A DNA stretch of 64,000 nucleotides from contig CM106585.1 of assembly GCA_048013815.1 (NCBI GenBank), forward strand, positions 4,898,001 to 4,962,000, given 5' to 3'. Positions 1 through 13,649 of the stretch are shown here, in pieces (within the stretch, counting starts at the first letter, position 1; each line of letters starts with the position of its first letter). A program made the translations under genes and the position numbers. A model generated the notes under the pieces. It saw only the letters and a list, made by a program, of their open reading frames with translations, did no database searches and was not told the origin of the DNA. The DNA is from Setoptus koraiensis. Its lineage: Eukaryota > Animalia > Arthropoda.

Positions 1-2274
1 GAGAGCGAGAAAGTTATTACATAACTTTCATTTATTTTTTCCTCTTTTCTAGCTATCACACACATACACACATTCGCACTAGCTAGTGTGTGTGTCCATT
101 TTGCAGTTTGAACCTGTCCGAGGTGGTCCGAGATATGCTCTAACTGACCACTCTGAGTGAATGTCCTCCTTATACTTAGCGAGTCGTGGTTCATATTCAA
201 GCCGATGATTTTCGATTGAAAGCCAACAAACTGGTATAAGCATGGAGATGTTGTTGAATTTCACTACTGCTACGAGATATTAATGATGTTGTTGTTGTTG
301 CTGCTGCTTTCATTGCGTTATAATGCTCAAGTTGATGATGATGAACGATTAGACATCATCGTCTTAATTCGGGCTCACTCTCGCTACTTCATTGCATTGC
401 GTACAACAAAATCGAAATCTTTGAAGCCATGAGCTTGCTCTTTATATATTTTGATTGTGAATATGAAATCAAGTTGTCATGGTTCCACTGGCTACTACAT
501 GGCTCACATCATCACACCATCTCACCATTGCAAGCTTTCTCTCTCGCTCTCTCTCTCTCTGGCAAGCTACTACCGTGCTGTCTCAAAAGGAACCCGTCGA
601 CCGTCGTGTTGCTACTGCACTCTTTAATTAATAGTTGCTGAACAGTGGCCATCCTAATCGACCATTACTAACTAACGTACAAATTGAACTTTTTACACCG
701 CTCACTGGTGATGATGCGAGACCTCTCACATCTTCAATTGTAGATGGCCCCGAGGTTTTTTTCTCTTTCACTTGCTCGCCCGTTCGCTCGCTCTGGCCAT
801 TGGCTGAAGAAGACCAATGTATGAATTAAGAATAACGCGAATTACAGTGGTGAGAAATATGAATGAGTTGGATGAAATGTTTACATGTGTGCAAAGAAAA
901 ATGTTAGTCGAGTTGCATCACTCTCTTTCAGCAAGACCTATCTTGCTCTGTTAGATAGGTCTTGCTGTCTAGGCCCGGGTGACCACTAAATTGCTAAAGA
1001 TAGCCGCTAATAGATGCATGTTTTTCTTCATTTACCGTTGTTAATGTTGTTGTGGCTTTTTGTTCGTTGTTGCCGTTCTATCCATGTTACTCTGCTATTT
1101 TCTAACTGCAATGTGTTGTTGTCTTTGTTCTGACCACAACAACACCGGATATAATGTGTTGATGATGCTACTGCTGCTTCTGTTGATGATGATGATGATG
1201 ATGATGAGAGAGAGAGATAAAGCCAGAGCTCTCAACAACATTGAACAAATGAAATTAGATAGGATTAGCCCTCAGGAAAGCCTAGTGAGAAGAGATCTCT
1301 GATTGTGTGTAAATGTGACCATTGTCTCAATCAACAACAAATAATGCATAAGGGCTTCTTTTCCATTACATAACATTATCAATACAATATATTTAAAGAG
1401 AGGCAAAAGAAAAAGTTGCTGCTCACCCATTGAGTGGTTGAGAGAAGCACTCACAACTAAGCGATCAAGATAATACTAAACGAATGATAATAACCACTAA
1501 TGACTCATTTTCCTTCCCATCATCACTATTTGTCTTGATACTTTGTTTGCATGGATGAACCACACACACTTTAAATGGGCACAAATACAACCGATGCCGG
1601 TTAATGCATCCATTCAAAATATATTATTCATATATACATATATGGCCCATGAACATAACCAATCCGCTGTTTCTACTGCTACATTGCATCACATCACATC
1701 TTATCACATCACGTCACATCACATCACACCACATCACGATTGATCTGCTTTAATCACCATCTTATCACTCATTGGTATTATGAATATTAATGGATCAATG
1801 TTATTATATTATTGATGGTGTTTATTGGGCACACACACAAACAAAAATGAATGAATACCAATCATTCAAACGCAACAATCAACAACAACAATCTAATCAT
1901 ACGCCTCCGCATCCACTATGGCTACTATTTTATCAAACACAACAACAACAAACCTTTTTGATGTCGTCATAATGTTGCCAATACGAATCTCAATGGTCAC
2001 GCAATTGTTTCTGGTCCACTATCTACTATTCATTACCTAATCACATGGCGCGCTGCCAATGCTGATAAATTAATTACCATCACTTGTCGTGACTTCCTTA
2101 TTTATTTTAACTTATTATTACTCATTATTACGCATTGTATAATCTCATGGCTACCGGTTGTCATGGAATATACTTGTTTATGTATACAAATCATAAAATA
2201 TCTTCTTGACCAATTGCAAAAACGAAAAAAAAAAAACGAAAAATTACTTTTATCGCCAATTTGCCACTGAACAG

Positions 2275-5200
2275 CGACTCCTTCCAAGCATAAGAAGGTG
2301 TATTTCAGATCGGAAAAGAAACTAACAGACGATTCGATGGACAAGTCATCACTAATGAAGCAATTCTCTGGATTCGGCGTTCAACGTCGCTCATCAAGAG
2401 GTAAGTGTCTACTGACATGTCTGACTTATAACTTTGATTTTGATAGCGGTTATATCATTGAATTATATTGACGCTTGGCGCAACAACAACTGGCCAATCG
2501 CTTAGAATAGCTTCATTCTGTTGAAGTCGAAGCTAGTTTCTCATCATCTCGGCGATACTTGATGAATCGTAAACTGTGTTTATACAGTAACAATGTCCGA
2601 AATAATATAAGAGCTGCGAATACATTAGTTTTAGAGCGATTCGTTGAAATAAGGAAACGGCAGCCGTTACGTTTTAATTGAGTAAACTCATGGGGGAATA
2701 TTTTGAGTAGTGCGCTACAAATGAGAAAAGGTGAGCGATGAGAGCTCTAATACTATTATAATTATTATTATTATTACTGTTTTCGCATCCAACGGTGCTT
2801 TGAATGATCTGATAATACCACCAGTTGACAGGTGGCAAAGCAGGCATAATTAAAGTTGCTAGATTGGGTGCAAATTGATTAAACGCCTATTCCTTGCCGG
2901 TGTAGCCGAGAGTTAGCTAAAGGTAAATCTGTAGGCCTAGTTAGAGTTGCAAGGAAGTGGAAACGTTGATGTTTGGCAATGTAAACACATTTGATCGTTT
3001 GGTTCTTTTATCCAATGCATAGAAGAAAACAAGAACCAATCAAGCCAACACAATCGGATTACATCAACACGATGAATTCCACTCGCATTTGAATCACAGC
3101 AGCGGTAGCGTATTAAGACGTCAATACCAACACAAATAGCCAGTGATACTCAATGTGGCCTAGATTTCAATTGCAATGCATCTTGAACTGGCTGTCTGTC
3201 TAGATTAGCCCATTATGTCATATGGGTGAACTAGAAAAAATAGCTTTCTCTGCCGCTATTTTACTCACATCTCTTTGTGTATGATGAGGTATGATGTTTA
3301 TGTTTGATATTGCTAATAATCTATGAAGAAGTAGAGAGAGAAAGGGAGAGAGAGAGAGAGAGAGTAGCAGACAAATATAAACGTTTAGACATAACCATTC
3401 ATTTCTTTGATTATTATTATGCGGCTCAATGCGTTCTATGACGACGATGATGATGATGCCGACCAGAGAAATGCTAATGAGCTCTTTCAACGCAACGTCT
3501 GGCAAAACACAACAGGAAAAAACTGCCCCAACTGCAAACTGGCTGGCTTGTTGTTATTGAATGCTAATATCGTTTGGTTAGTAGCGTAGCTCAGTAGACG
3601 CAAACACTACATAACAAAACCGAGTGACCGTTATCTGGCTCATGCAACAACAAAAAACTGCAAATCAACTCAGAATGAAAAGATTGTGCGTTTGAAGTGT
3701 GAACAGGCCACCAATGGCAAGTTATATCAACGTCGTCGTTTAATAAGATGGTGATACCGACATGAATAAAGATGTTCCTCTACTGTTAGTAGCAACAGCT
3801 GCGTTAACAACAACAACAACAACCACTAGTTGACTTCAAAACCATCATCGGATACAGACATTACATTACTATACACACATTTACATTATGTAATAATAAT
3901 AAGTATGGTAATGCGGAGGCAACTAATGTGTTTGCTTATTATATGCTGATAGCTAGATGTAAAATTTTGCCAAATTGAATGATTGACTCGCTATCTATCT
4001 GAATGTTTGCTTGTCAAATGCATCGCACAAATGGCCACTTGCACCCAAACTGCTTGAGTAACTTTCTCGCTTTTTTAGTGGCTTCGCACATGATGACTGT
4101 AACAGTAAATTATTCGACGTTATCCATCTCTCACGATGATATGTACACGGCTCAAATGCTCATGCAATAATGTTACGCAATAAGCATAACAAGTAATCAA
4201 ACAGTTAAGTGATAAGTGCCACTCAATTGTTATGCATCCAGCTAGTCTCTTCTTCTTGTTCCATGATTATTGTATGGCATGCGATCTCTGTGGCATCTAG
4301 ATGAATGTGTAACATACAGTTGGATAGTTTTTCGCAGATTAGATATTTAAATTGGAGGCTGCACTCTAATGTTTAGCAGTTGCCTATGTTTGCAGTTCTC
4401 ACATGAAAGTTTCAACTGTTAGTATTTGTAATTTCTAGTGACTGACCAGTTGAGAGAGAGAGAGAGAGAGAGAGAGTCGCAGATTGAAACAACGATAGTC
4501 GTTGCGTCAGTTGTAATCTAACATATCGCTGCCCTGTCCCTCTCTCGTTGTCACTGTCTCGAACACATATGGAGTAAATTGTTCAACAAATAACAACAAT
4601 TGAGATTGATGATCTAGCCAACATCTGCTGCTAAGATCTACCAACGAACTCAACAATGAATTGATGTTCGGTGTCGTGTGTGTGTGTGTGTGTGTGTGAT
4701 ATTGCGCATGGCTAATCTATTAGGCCGAGTCATCCATCTCCGGCAATCGGCAACCCATTTGACAGGCGGATAGAAGTATCACTGAAGCAAAGGGCAAGCA
4801 AAAGTTCGTGATAACCTCGTCGTCATGTGTGCACCGTTAATAACATAACCAGATTGCGCTGTTGATCACTTTCTAGTTATTGGCTGTGAGCTGGCAAAGA
4901 AACTAACGAAACAGAACAAGAAGAGGATGAAGAAATGTAGATTGTTGATTGTAAACACACTGTGTCAGTGTATAGCATTACGTTGCTTCGTGACCAAATG
5001 AAAATGATGATTAGACAACAACAACAACAACAGCACATCTATTTGATGCATTAGTCCGTTACATAACAGTACGGCCTAACATGAAGCTCCATCTATCCAT
5101 CTTGTGCGTCTTATGAGAAAGTAATCGACCGAGAAAGAAATAATGGCGAAATGAATGGTAATATACCAAGTCAATCATAGCATTATCATATGTATTATGA

Positions 5201-5908
5201 TTAGCGGAACTGATCACTCTAATCGATAACTCATTTGCCGCCGTAGCCAACATTGCCGCCATGTCTACTGCTATCTGCTAATCTTGTGCTGTGTTTATGT
5301 ATACCAACAACAAAACTAATTACAATAATTGTAATTCCACTCTTCTTCTTTTTCCAGGTTCCTCCTCGCCTGTTGCACCGCAGAGCCTATTCCAGAATGG
5401 TGTTATTGACTTTTTGAGGAAATTCCGTGAAGTCTACATTCAGACTCGACCCATATCAACTGCCTCAGGTTCATCATCGGCTGCCTCTAGCTTAGCCTCA
5501 GCAGCCTCTAACATGATGGCGGCCGCCGCTTCATCGCCCTCAGTTGTCTCAGCACTGACACCATCATCGAGCTCCTCATCATCCGGCTCTTCGTCGTCTT
5601 CATCGGGATCCAAACCAAGTCTGTCCAGTGCCTCTAGCGGATTATCGGCCGCCTCAGGCAGCGGAGGTCTATTTGGAGGAGCTTCGTCGGGCCCAAACAG
5701 GTCGCCATTGACACCCCAAAAGTATATGTCATTCTGGTCAAAACAATTCCCCACATGGGTGAGAAAGGTTTTGAAGCAGATCCGTCGATCCACATTGAAG
5801 GCATCACAAAACAAAAGACAACAACAGACATCGGCCATTGGTCAAGCTTCGGCCAGTTCATCGGCATCAGGTGTAGCAGAAAATTCAGCACATAACGCCA
5901 ATCACTGA
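2275..5908 (+). CDS. Unidentified Ser/Ala-rich protein, last two putative exons (2275-2400 and 5358-5908); 5' exons not located
   Basis: Acceptor ...ctgaacag|2275, open frame TPSKHKKVYFRSEKKLTDDSMDKSSLMKQFSGFGVQRRSSR, donor aagag|gtaagt at 2400/2401 (phase 1). Pyrimidine-rich acceptor tcttctttttccag|5358 is phase-compatible and continues GSSSPVAPQSLFQNGVIDFLRKFREVYIQTRP...KYMSFWSKQFPTWVRKVLKQIRR to the stop at 5908. Family not recognised. Confidence 0.6.
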
Positions 5909-6126
5909 TAAACGGTCAGCAACCAATGCATGAAGCCAATGTAGCTCGAAATCATTCATCATTTATAAGCATTGCCAGTTTCACTTATATATTGATAGAA
6001 GAGATATTATGTAATGTTGGAGACTCTCAAAAACACACAAACGAGCACACATAAATACAAGCAAACACAAAGACTAACATATCTTATACAACATTTATAG
6101 ATGATATCTGAAGGTATATCGAAGAG

Positions 6127-6166
<40 letters not shown>

Positions 6167-6521
6167 CATTGGCTAAGATGCTCGTTACCTTGACAGGTAA
6201 ATTTAGGCGAGATGAGTGCTTCCTTCCTGGCCTTGTTTAAATCCAGATATATTCTATTCAATCAACGACAACTATGAAAAAATCGCTAGCTACTAATTGT
6301 AAAGATTTCATCCATTGAACATGAGACAAGATGGACGCAATGAACAAATTCAAAGAAATTAGTCGACCTTCAACAAAAAATCAAATCAAAAGAGAGGGCT
6401 CAAGAAGAAAGAGGCTCAATGAATATACACAATGTCATGTTAGACCTTTTTTTGTTAAATAAATAAAAATATTTAGTCAATAATTAGCTGGTTCTTTCTC
6501 TGTGTAAACCTCAATCCTTTA

Positions 6522-7302
6522 TCATTCCTCTTTGTGTTGCATGTTTGAAGTTAAGGCTCGCAGTCTGGCCGTAATACCGTGGCGTATCTTTTGTTGTACA
6601 ACAAGTGTAGTTGTGACCATGTTACCAACAAATATAATAGAATATATAATACTGGTGCATATAACTTGCCATTGATGATAATTCGATTGCTGATGCAAAT
6701 GGTACAGTTGATAGGCATTGTAAAATTGTAAACCATAGCCAACGTATAGGAATGGTAATAAGAATGAGAGGCCTCGCCACATCCAAGAATGGAAGCCTTG
6801 CAATGTAACGTCCATGTCGTAACGTTCACCAAGTGCTCTTAGACGGTACAAGCAGCTACGCTGATAATAAAATTGTAAATGTTGCAAAAAAGCAGTATAA
6901 ATAGTGTAAAGTAGAAACTGGGTTCTAAACTCATTGTAAAGTGTCCCATCTGGCCATAATATAATAATGCCCGCTTGTATAGTGGTGATAAATTGTAGGG
7001 CCCTCCACCATCCGTTAATACGTGAACCATTAACAATAAGTATGCTCTCTCTGATGGTCAATGTACAATGATACCAAACTAGAAGAAAATGTAGCAGTGC
7101 ATCCAGAGCTCGGTAATTATTTAACAATGTTATCAATGAAAAACAGAATATAATCAGATTAAGTATTAATTTGAAACGTTCGTAATCCTCCTTGTACTGC
7201 AGACGCGTTTCCCTCTTGACTAAATCAACATTTAATTGGCCCAATATAACTCTAAGGTATAAATCTCCGAAGGACATCCTGACTTGAAGCTCTCGTTGGA
7301 GT
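6522..7302 (-). CDS. TMEM120: TMEM120 (TACAN)-family membrane protein, large 3' exon; N-terminal coiled-coil exon(s) not visible
   Basis: Hallmark motifs YKEDYERFKL, FLLVWYHCTLTIRESILIVNGSRINGWW, CLYRLRALGER, GFHSWMWRGLSFLLPFL. Acceptor atttcatcgacag| at 7303/7302 is in frame with the ORF. Confidence 0.95.
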
Positions 7303-7416
7303 CTGTCGATGAAATAAATTATTTTATGTATGCGTGTTGAATATGAATTGATTATATATTTCTTGTTTGTATGAAAATGTTGATGCTAAATTATTAATAT
7401 ATTCAAAAAATGTTAG

Positions 7417-9138
7417 ACTATTCACACAAACCACCACATCATCAATAACAACCCCCACCATCAAAAATATAAACCCATACATCCAAACCACAATTATATC
7501 ATACATAACCATCCCATCCACCCATCAATTCTCATTTATAAATAAAAATCCAACACATCATTCAAATCATCATCACCAAACCAATCAAACCAATCACAAC
7601 ACATAACATAAAAACATACAATATAAATCCATATATAAATCAATAATCATATCATCCATCAAAATACAATAACCACATAAAATCAACAAATCATCAATAA
7701 TATCATCACATATAATCATAACATCCAAACACATCCATATCCCCATACCCACCCACACCCATCAATCATCAATGCATCCAACATCCATCATCACCCATCA
7801 TCATCCATCCCACATCATAATCCATCCATCACAACCATCATACATCAAACACCACATCACTCCCCACCAATCACAACATACCCACCACTAACAACACCAA
7901 TCCAACATCATACATCATCACAACAATCCCATTATCATATCTATAACATCCATAATCATACACATATACATCCCATCCCAACATCATACATCCAACAAAA
8001 ATACCAATAACAACATAACATCATCATAATAAACCACATCACCCATACATCAAATAATACATCCACCAAATTACATACCATCATAATCACATATATCATA
8101 ATCATCAATCATACATACACATCAACACAATCATCCATACAACCATCCATCCAATACAATTCAATACACAAATTAAAACTTATACAACCCCACCAATCAT
8201 ACATTATCAATCATAAAAATCACACACCCACACATCATCACCATAATCCACATCATATACATCACACCACAATAAAAAAAATCCATCAATCATCAAAAAC
8301 AAAACCATCCATCAACAACACCATCCACATCACATCCAATATCATATATATACCCCATCACACATCATATATACCAACCATCCCAATCACATATCATCAC
8401 CCATCCATCAACATACACATCCCACAACAATACAATCAAATATAATAATCAATTCCAAATATCCATCATCAACATCCACAACATATACAACAACACAACA
8501 TATTCTACACACACATCCATCCACAAACATAACCACATATAACAAATTACACACATCCACATCATTCCCACCCAAATCACCACACCCCAATCAACCACAT
8601 AAATTCCAACATAATCACAAGATACAAAATAAAAAAAATATCATCACAATCCATCATCATCATCCAAACATCATCAATCAAAACATAATCCAATACACAC
8701 ACATCACCACAACATATCAAATACACCACATATCAACACATCAAAAAACATCATATCCATCATAATCAATAATCCACACATTCATATACCATACAAATAT
8801 CATATCACTCAATCACACATATAAATCCAAATAACACCATATACCATCCACAAATCAACCCATCAAACCACATAACCATACACAATACATCCATAATCAT
8901 AAAATCACACAATCCCCACCCATACACCATCCATCAATATCCCAAATCAATCATCACATTCACATAATCCCATCATCCCATCCAATCCAATCCCATCACA
9001 ACCATCATCATATACACACAATAATCATCCATTATAATCAACATCCCACATCAATCAACATCATCAATATTACACACCCAATACACACCCACATCACATC
9101 ATACCATCACAACACACTTCAACATAAACAACCCCCAC
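7417..9138. other. Non-periodic A/C/T-only low-complexity tract (almost no G on the + strand)
   Basis: By eye only two G residues (about 7774 and 8621) in 1722 bp. No tandem unit. Ends exactly at the N gap. Confidence 0.95.
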
Positions 9139-9638
9139 NNNNNNNNNNNNNNNNNNNNNNNNNNNNNNNNNNNNNNNNNNNNNNNNNNNNNNNNNNNNNN
9201 NNNNNNNNNNNNNNNNNNNNNNNNNNNNNNNNNNNNNNNNNNNNNNNNNNNNNNNNNNNNNNNNNNNNNNNNNNNNNNNNNNNNNNNNNNNNNNNNNNNN
9301 NNNNNNNNNNNNNNNNNNNNNNNNNNNNNNNNNNNNNNNNNNNNNNNNNNNNNNNNNNNNNNNNNNNNNNNNNNNNNNNNNNNNNNNNNNNNNNNNNNNN
9401 NNNNNNNNNNNNNNNNNNNNNNNNNNNNNNNNNNNNNNNNNNNNNNNNNNNNNNNNNNNNNNNNNNNNNNNNNNNNNNNNNNNNNNNNNNNNNNNNNNNN
9501 NNNNNNNNNNNNNNNNNNNNNNNNNNNNNNNNNNNNNNNNNNNNNNNNNNNNNNNNNNNNNNNNNNNNNNNNNNNNNNNNNNNNNNNNNNNNNNNNNNNN
9601 NNNNNNNNNNNNNNNNNNNNNNNNNNNNNNNNNNNNNN
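9139..9638. other. Assembly gap, 500 N
   Basis: Run of exactly 500 N; a round number suggests a scaffolding placeholder. Confidence 1.
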
Positions 9639-11227
9639 AAACTATTGGTCGGCATACCGTTGCTGACATCTACTTCGAAATAGACATATGACAACAAGTT
9701 TTTTTATTTTGAAGTCCGGACTAATGCGAACAAATGGATTACGTGCGACACGTTAATTACACTTCGAACACCTCATATGAATACTGGCTTGTGGAGCTGT
9801 TGCGGAACACTTCAGTTCTTACATGATGCTTTTCCCATATTGCTGGACATGTTGTTGGAAGACTAGATTGCGGAGCTTATATAGTCTGAAGTCTTTTCTC
9901 AGAGAGAGAGAGAGTGTATCTCAATTGCTACAGGAAGATTGACTGATACGTTTTATCTTTCTCATTGTCTGTCGATTTTTTCGGGCTCTTGTTCTAGAAT
10001 GTCTATGTCAAATATCGTTTGATACAGATTGCTTCGATTGTTGCGTCATTTCAATATCTCGTCGTACTTGTGGTGTCAAGTGACAATTGAGCTGTCATTG
10101 TTACAAACTTGGTAAGTGCATAAGGCAACAAGGTTAATGTTCGTGATTAGAATAAATTACTTTCGACAAAGTTGTCATCGTGCATTGGCGAGACGTTCAT
10201 GTTGCTTGGCCTGATAATGGTGCTGATAACAATAGCTCATGAGTGTCCACACGCTAGTTGTTACTAGCAACTTGTTAGTGGAGATAGTGCGTTTGTTGTT
10301 GCGACATCTTCTTTTCAAGATCAAATATCACGTGACTTGTTATTATTGTTAAGTTGGACAATCAAGCAATATAACATCACGTACATCATCGGTAGACAAG
10401 GTGCGCCAGTACTAACAAATTGTTGTCATTGTGAAAACGACACTCAACATTGGCCAACGAACGGACAACATGTAGACAATGCTGTTCGAGTCGTCAACTA
10501 TATCGTAATGGCAGTCCGAGGACCAGAAAGAACGAACGAAATGTATTGTGTGTTCCAAGATCAACTTGCGTCTCATCATGATTTATGATGGCCCATTGCC
10601 ATTGTGGACAGCGGCCGTTTAGAGGAAGCATCGGCAACAATTATGTAACTGCGTAACATTATGACTTCATAGCTCACAAATAGCAACAATAATAAAGCCA
10701 TGTGTGTGTGTAGTTTAGAACTAATTTTCACAATACAGTTCTCTGGCTAGTGTTTCGATGATGTCGTCGCAATCACTCACAAGTGAGAGAGACTTTCCAC
10801 TATTAGCCGTCCTGTTTGTATGCTGCGCACAAAGTGTACCACTCAAGTATAGACTCACCTGTGTTACTAGTGCAATACACAGGTGTCTGTCTATCTGGCT
10901 TTATGGCCTCACACTGTCTATCATGAGCAGATATGTGGCCATAGATAACATTCTACAGTGGCAATAGATATTGACTTGTTGTTGTTCTTGCAAGCAAAGA
11001 ACTCATTGTTGAGCCTTGCGGTGATGTTAGCAAAAATTTTGTATATCTAGCTAGCCGAGTGGAATGGTTAGATTGGCAGGCTGTCAGGCAGGTAGACGGG
11101 TAGTGAAGGAAAGCGCTCCAGTTGCGTGACGAACTGCCAGCATATGTACACAAGCGCCATCGACGATGCACTTGTTCACTGCATGACACTATGCACCATC
11201 ACCATAGATAATTGCCACTGCTCACAA

Positions 11228-11232
11228 ACACA

Positions 11233-11282
<50 letters not shown>

Positions 11283-11330
11283 CACACACGCACACACACA
11301 CGCACACACACACACACACATACGCACACA
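11228..11330. repeat. (CA)n microsatellite with CG interruptions
   Basis: acacacac...acgcacacac directly visible; one of dozens of (CA)n/(GT)n tracts between 11-12.6 kb and 22.9-42.2 kb. Confidence 0.95.
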
Positions 11331-13649
11331 TACGGTGAGTGCGGCAGCAACTTGGAACACTTTTCATATATACACTAAAGCACCCTCTTGTGGTGACCAC
11401 CACCACCATTATGTAATACACATAGTCATGCCGATTGTATGGGGTGTCTCAAGAAAGTCACTCACTCGTTCACGATAAATGTGCACCAGAAATGTGTACC
11501 TGTATTCTGTGCCTACGCGCCAAACGCCACAACGGTAAGCAATGGCGACGTATTACGTAAGCACAGATCGTGCTTAGCTCGCCAATTGTTGAACACACAC
11601 CTGACGTCTGACGGCACACCTAATGCACACACGAGGCTGAAAAGTGAGCGGCACACGCATAGCTTTGTGTGTTTTTTCGCTTGGCACAGAGAGTTTTACA
11701 TAGCATTCTGCAATGCAGAATCTGCATGCATAAACCATACAGTTTACGTAACAACCGTGACGAATGATCGCACACACACACACACACACTCACAAGTTGC
11801 TGTGAGTCACAACATTGTCACAAGCGCGCTGGGTACGCATCACACAAACGGGCCCTAGGTATTGTCGAGCCTTGTCCAATCATGCAATGTTGTGTTGCGC
11901 CCAGCTTACTCAATTAGTCAGGTGTATGACACGAAACTGCTCTACCTCAGGTAATAGCTGTTGGCTAACCATGCAGCGTACCCATTCCAAGACGGTTTGG
12001 GGCGGGGCCGGTATAGCGGCAAAATTGTTATACCGTTGCGCAGACCAAAATAGCTTAGCAGCAGCCTGTGTGTGTGTATGTGTGTGTTGTGCAAAGGTGT
12101 GTGTGTGTGTGTGTTTGCCAAGGGACAGCAAAAATGCCCAGCCATTATCACACATATCGTTTACACATAAGCGCACAAACACACACATGCACACACCCTG
12201 GGTAGACACACAAGCACACTGCGGGACTTACACAAGCACCCCTGGAGTTTCAACGAGGACTCTCTCTCTCTCTCTTTCATAGGCGACTTTATACACCAGC
12301 CAACCAGCCAGTTCGTCAGCCAACCAGTCAGTAAGCCAGCCAGCATTTAATAAATGCCATTTATATTTTTATCCATTTTGCAACTCAATGTAAAGTTAAC
12401 GAGTTTTTAGGTTCTATCTCAGTGTGGTGTGTGTGTGTTTATGTGCGTTTGTGTGTGCGTTTGTTTGTTTGTCTCTCATTATTAGACAACATCATTCGAA
12501 AATATTGTCGAATTTCCATTTTTTTCACATATTCATATAGCACACACACACACACACACACAGTCACACACATAAACAAGAAACCAACCACGAATATATA
12601 TTCATATATTTTACATGGTTAGGGCATCCTATTGTTGCGTCTTCGTGGCCTGTCAATAATGACGATTTAATACTATTAGACTAAATCAGAGAGATATTTA
12701 GATATTCACGGCGGATCGATTGGCATGACCAAATTGCAACGCTTACACACAGGCAAGATCATCAGATATTATCACTGTGGACAAAAAATATTATTATTAA
12801 TAAACAAGATATATTGATTGATGATAATCAACACAGCTACAGGACGACAAATGACATCTGATGATGGGATACAGCTACTGGTTGCTGCAGCTCAATAATA
12901 CATTTGTTTGCACATTGAAATTGTTTTGAGAACTACAAGAAAAACAACAATCACCTACCATTTTAGAGGATAGTCACATCACATGTACGCAGTGTGCTAA
13001 TAATGACTAAGTAGAGTAGATAAAATTATTTCTATTATTATTATTATTATTTTATCACTATATTTATTTTAACTGGTTGTTGGCTCATTTAGTTACAATT
13101 CATGCAAATCATAATAGGTAGCAACACATTTAATAACATATTAATACAAGAGGATATATTTACACTAAACACTACACTTGATATGGTAAATAGAAAACAA
13201 TCATTTAGTCATAAATTTCTATGAGCAAGCAGACAAAAGAGAAAAGAAGAATTACCATTTGAGTCGCTTTTAAATGGAGCCATCCTTTGTTGCAAAGACG
13301 TAACATTTGAGCATCTACACAGCAGTAACAGAATTACAAACAAGATGACAAGGATCATTATTATTATCTGACGTTCATCTCTATTTACAGATGTGTTTCA
13401 TTTGATAGAATAACCGTTATTTTATTATTTTTACCATTATTACTAGATAATAATATCAATAATATCGGATCTATCTATATTTTCAATGCAAGACTTCAAA
13501 TGCACAATACACATCATAGCATAACATAGTTTTAATCGTTCATCACCCAGGCTAGGACATTTTTGTAAAAATATTTTAACTATCACATGATAAGCAATTT
13601 TATTATTATAATTATTATTTTGAACTGTTAGTGATCACAATAATACAAT

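Noticed and set aside
9094-9697. ORFs spanning the N gap
   Set aside because: Artefacts of translating Ns.
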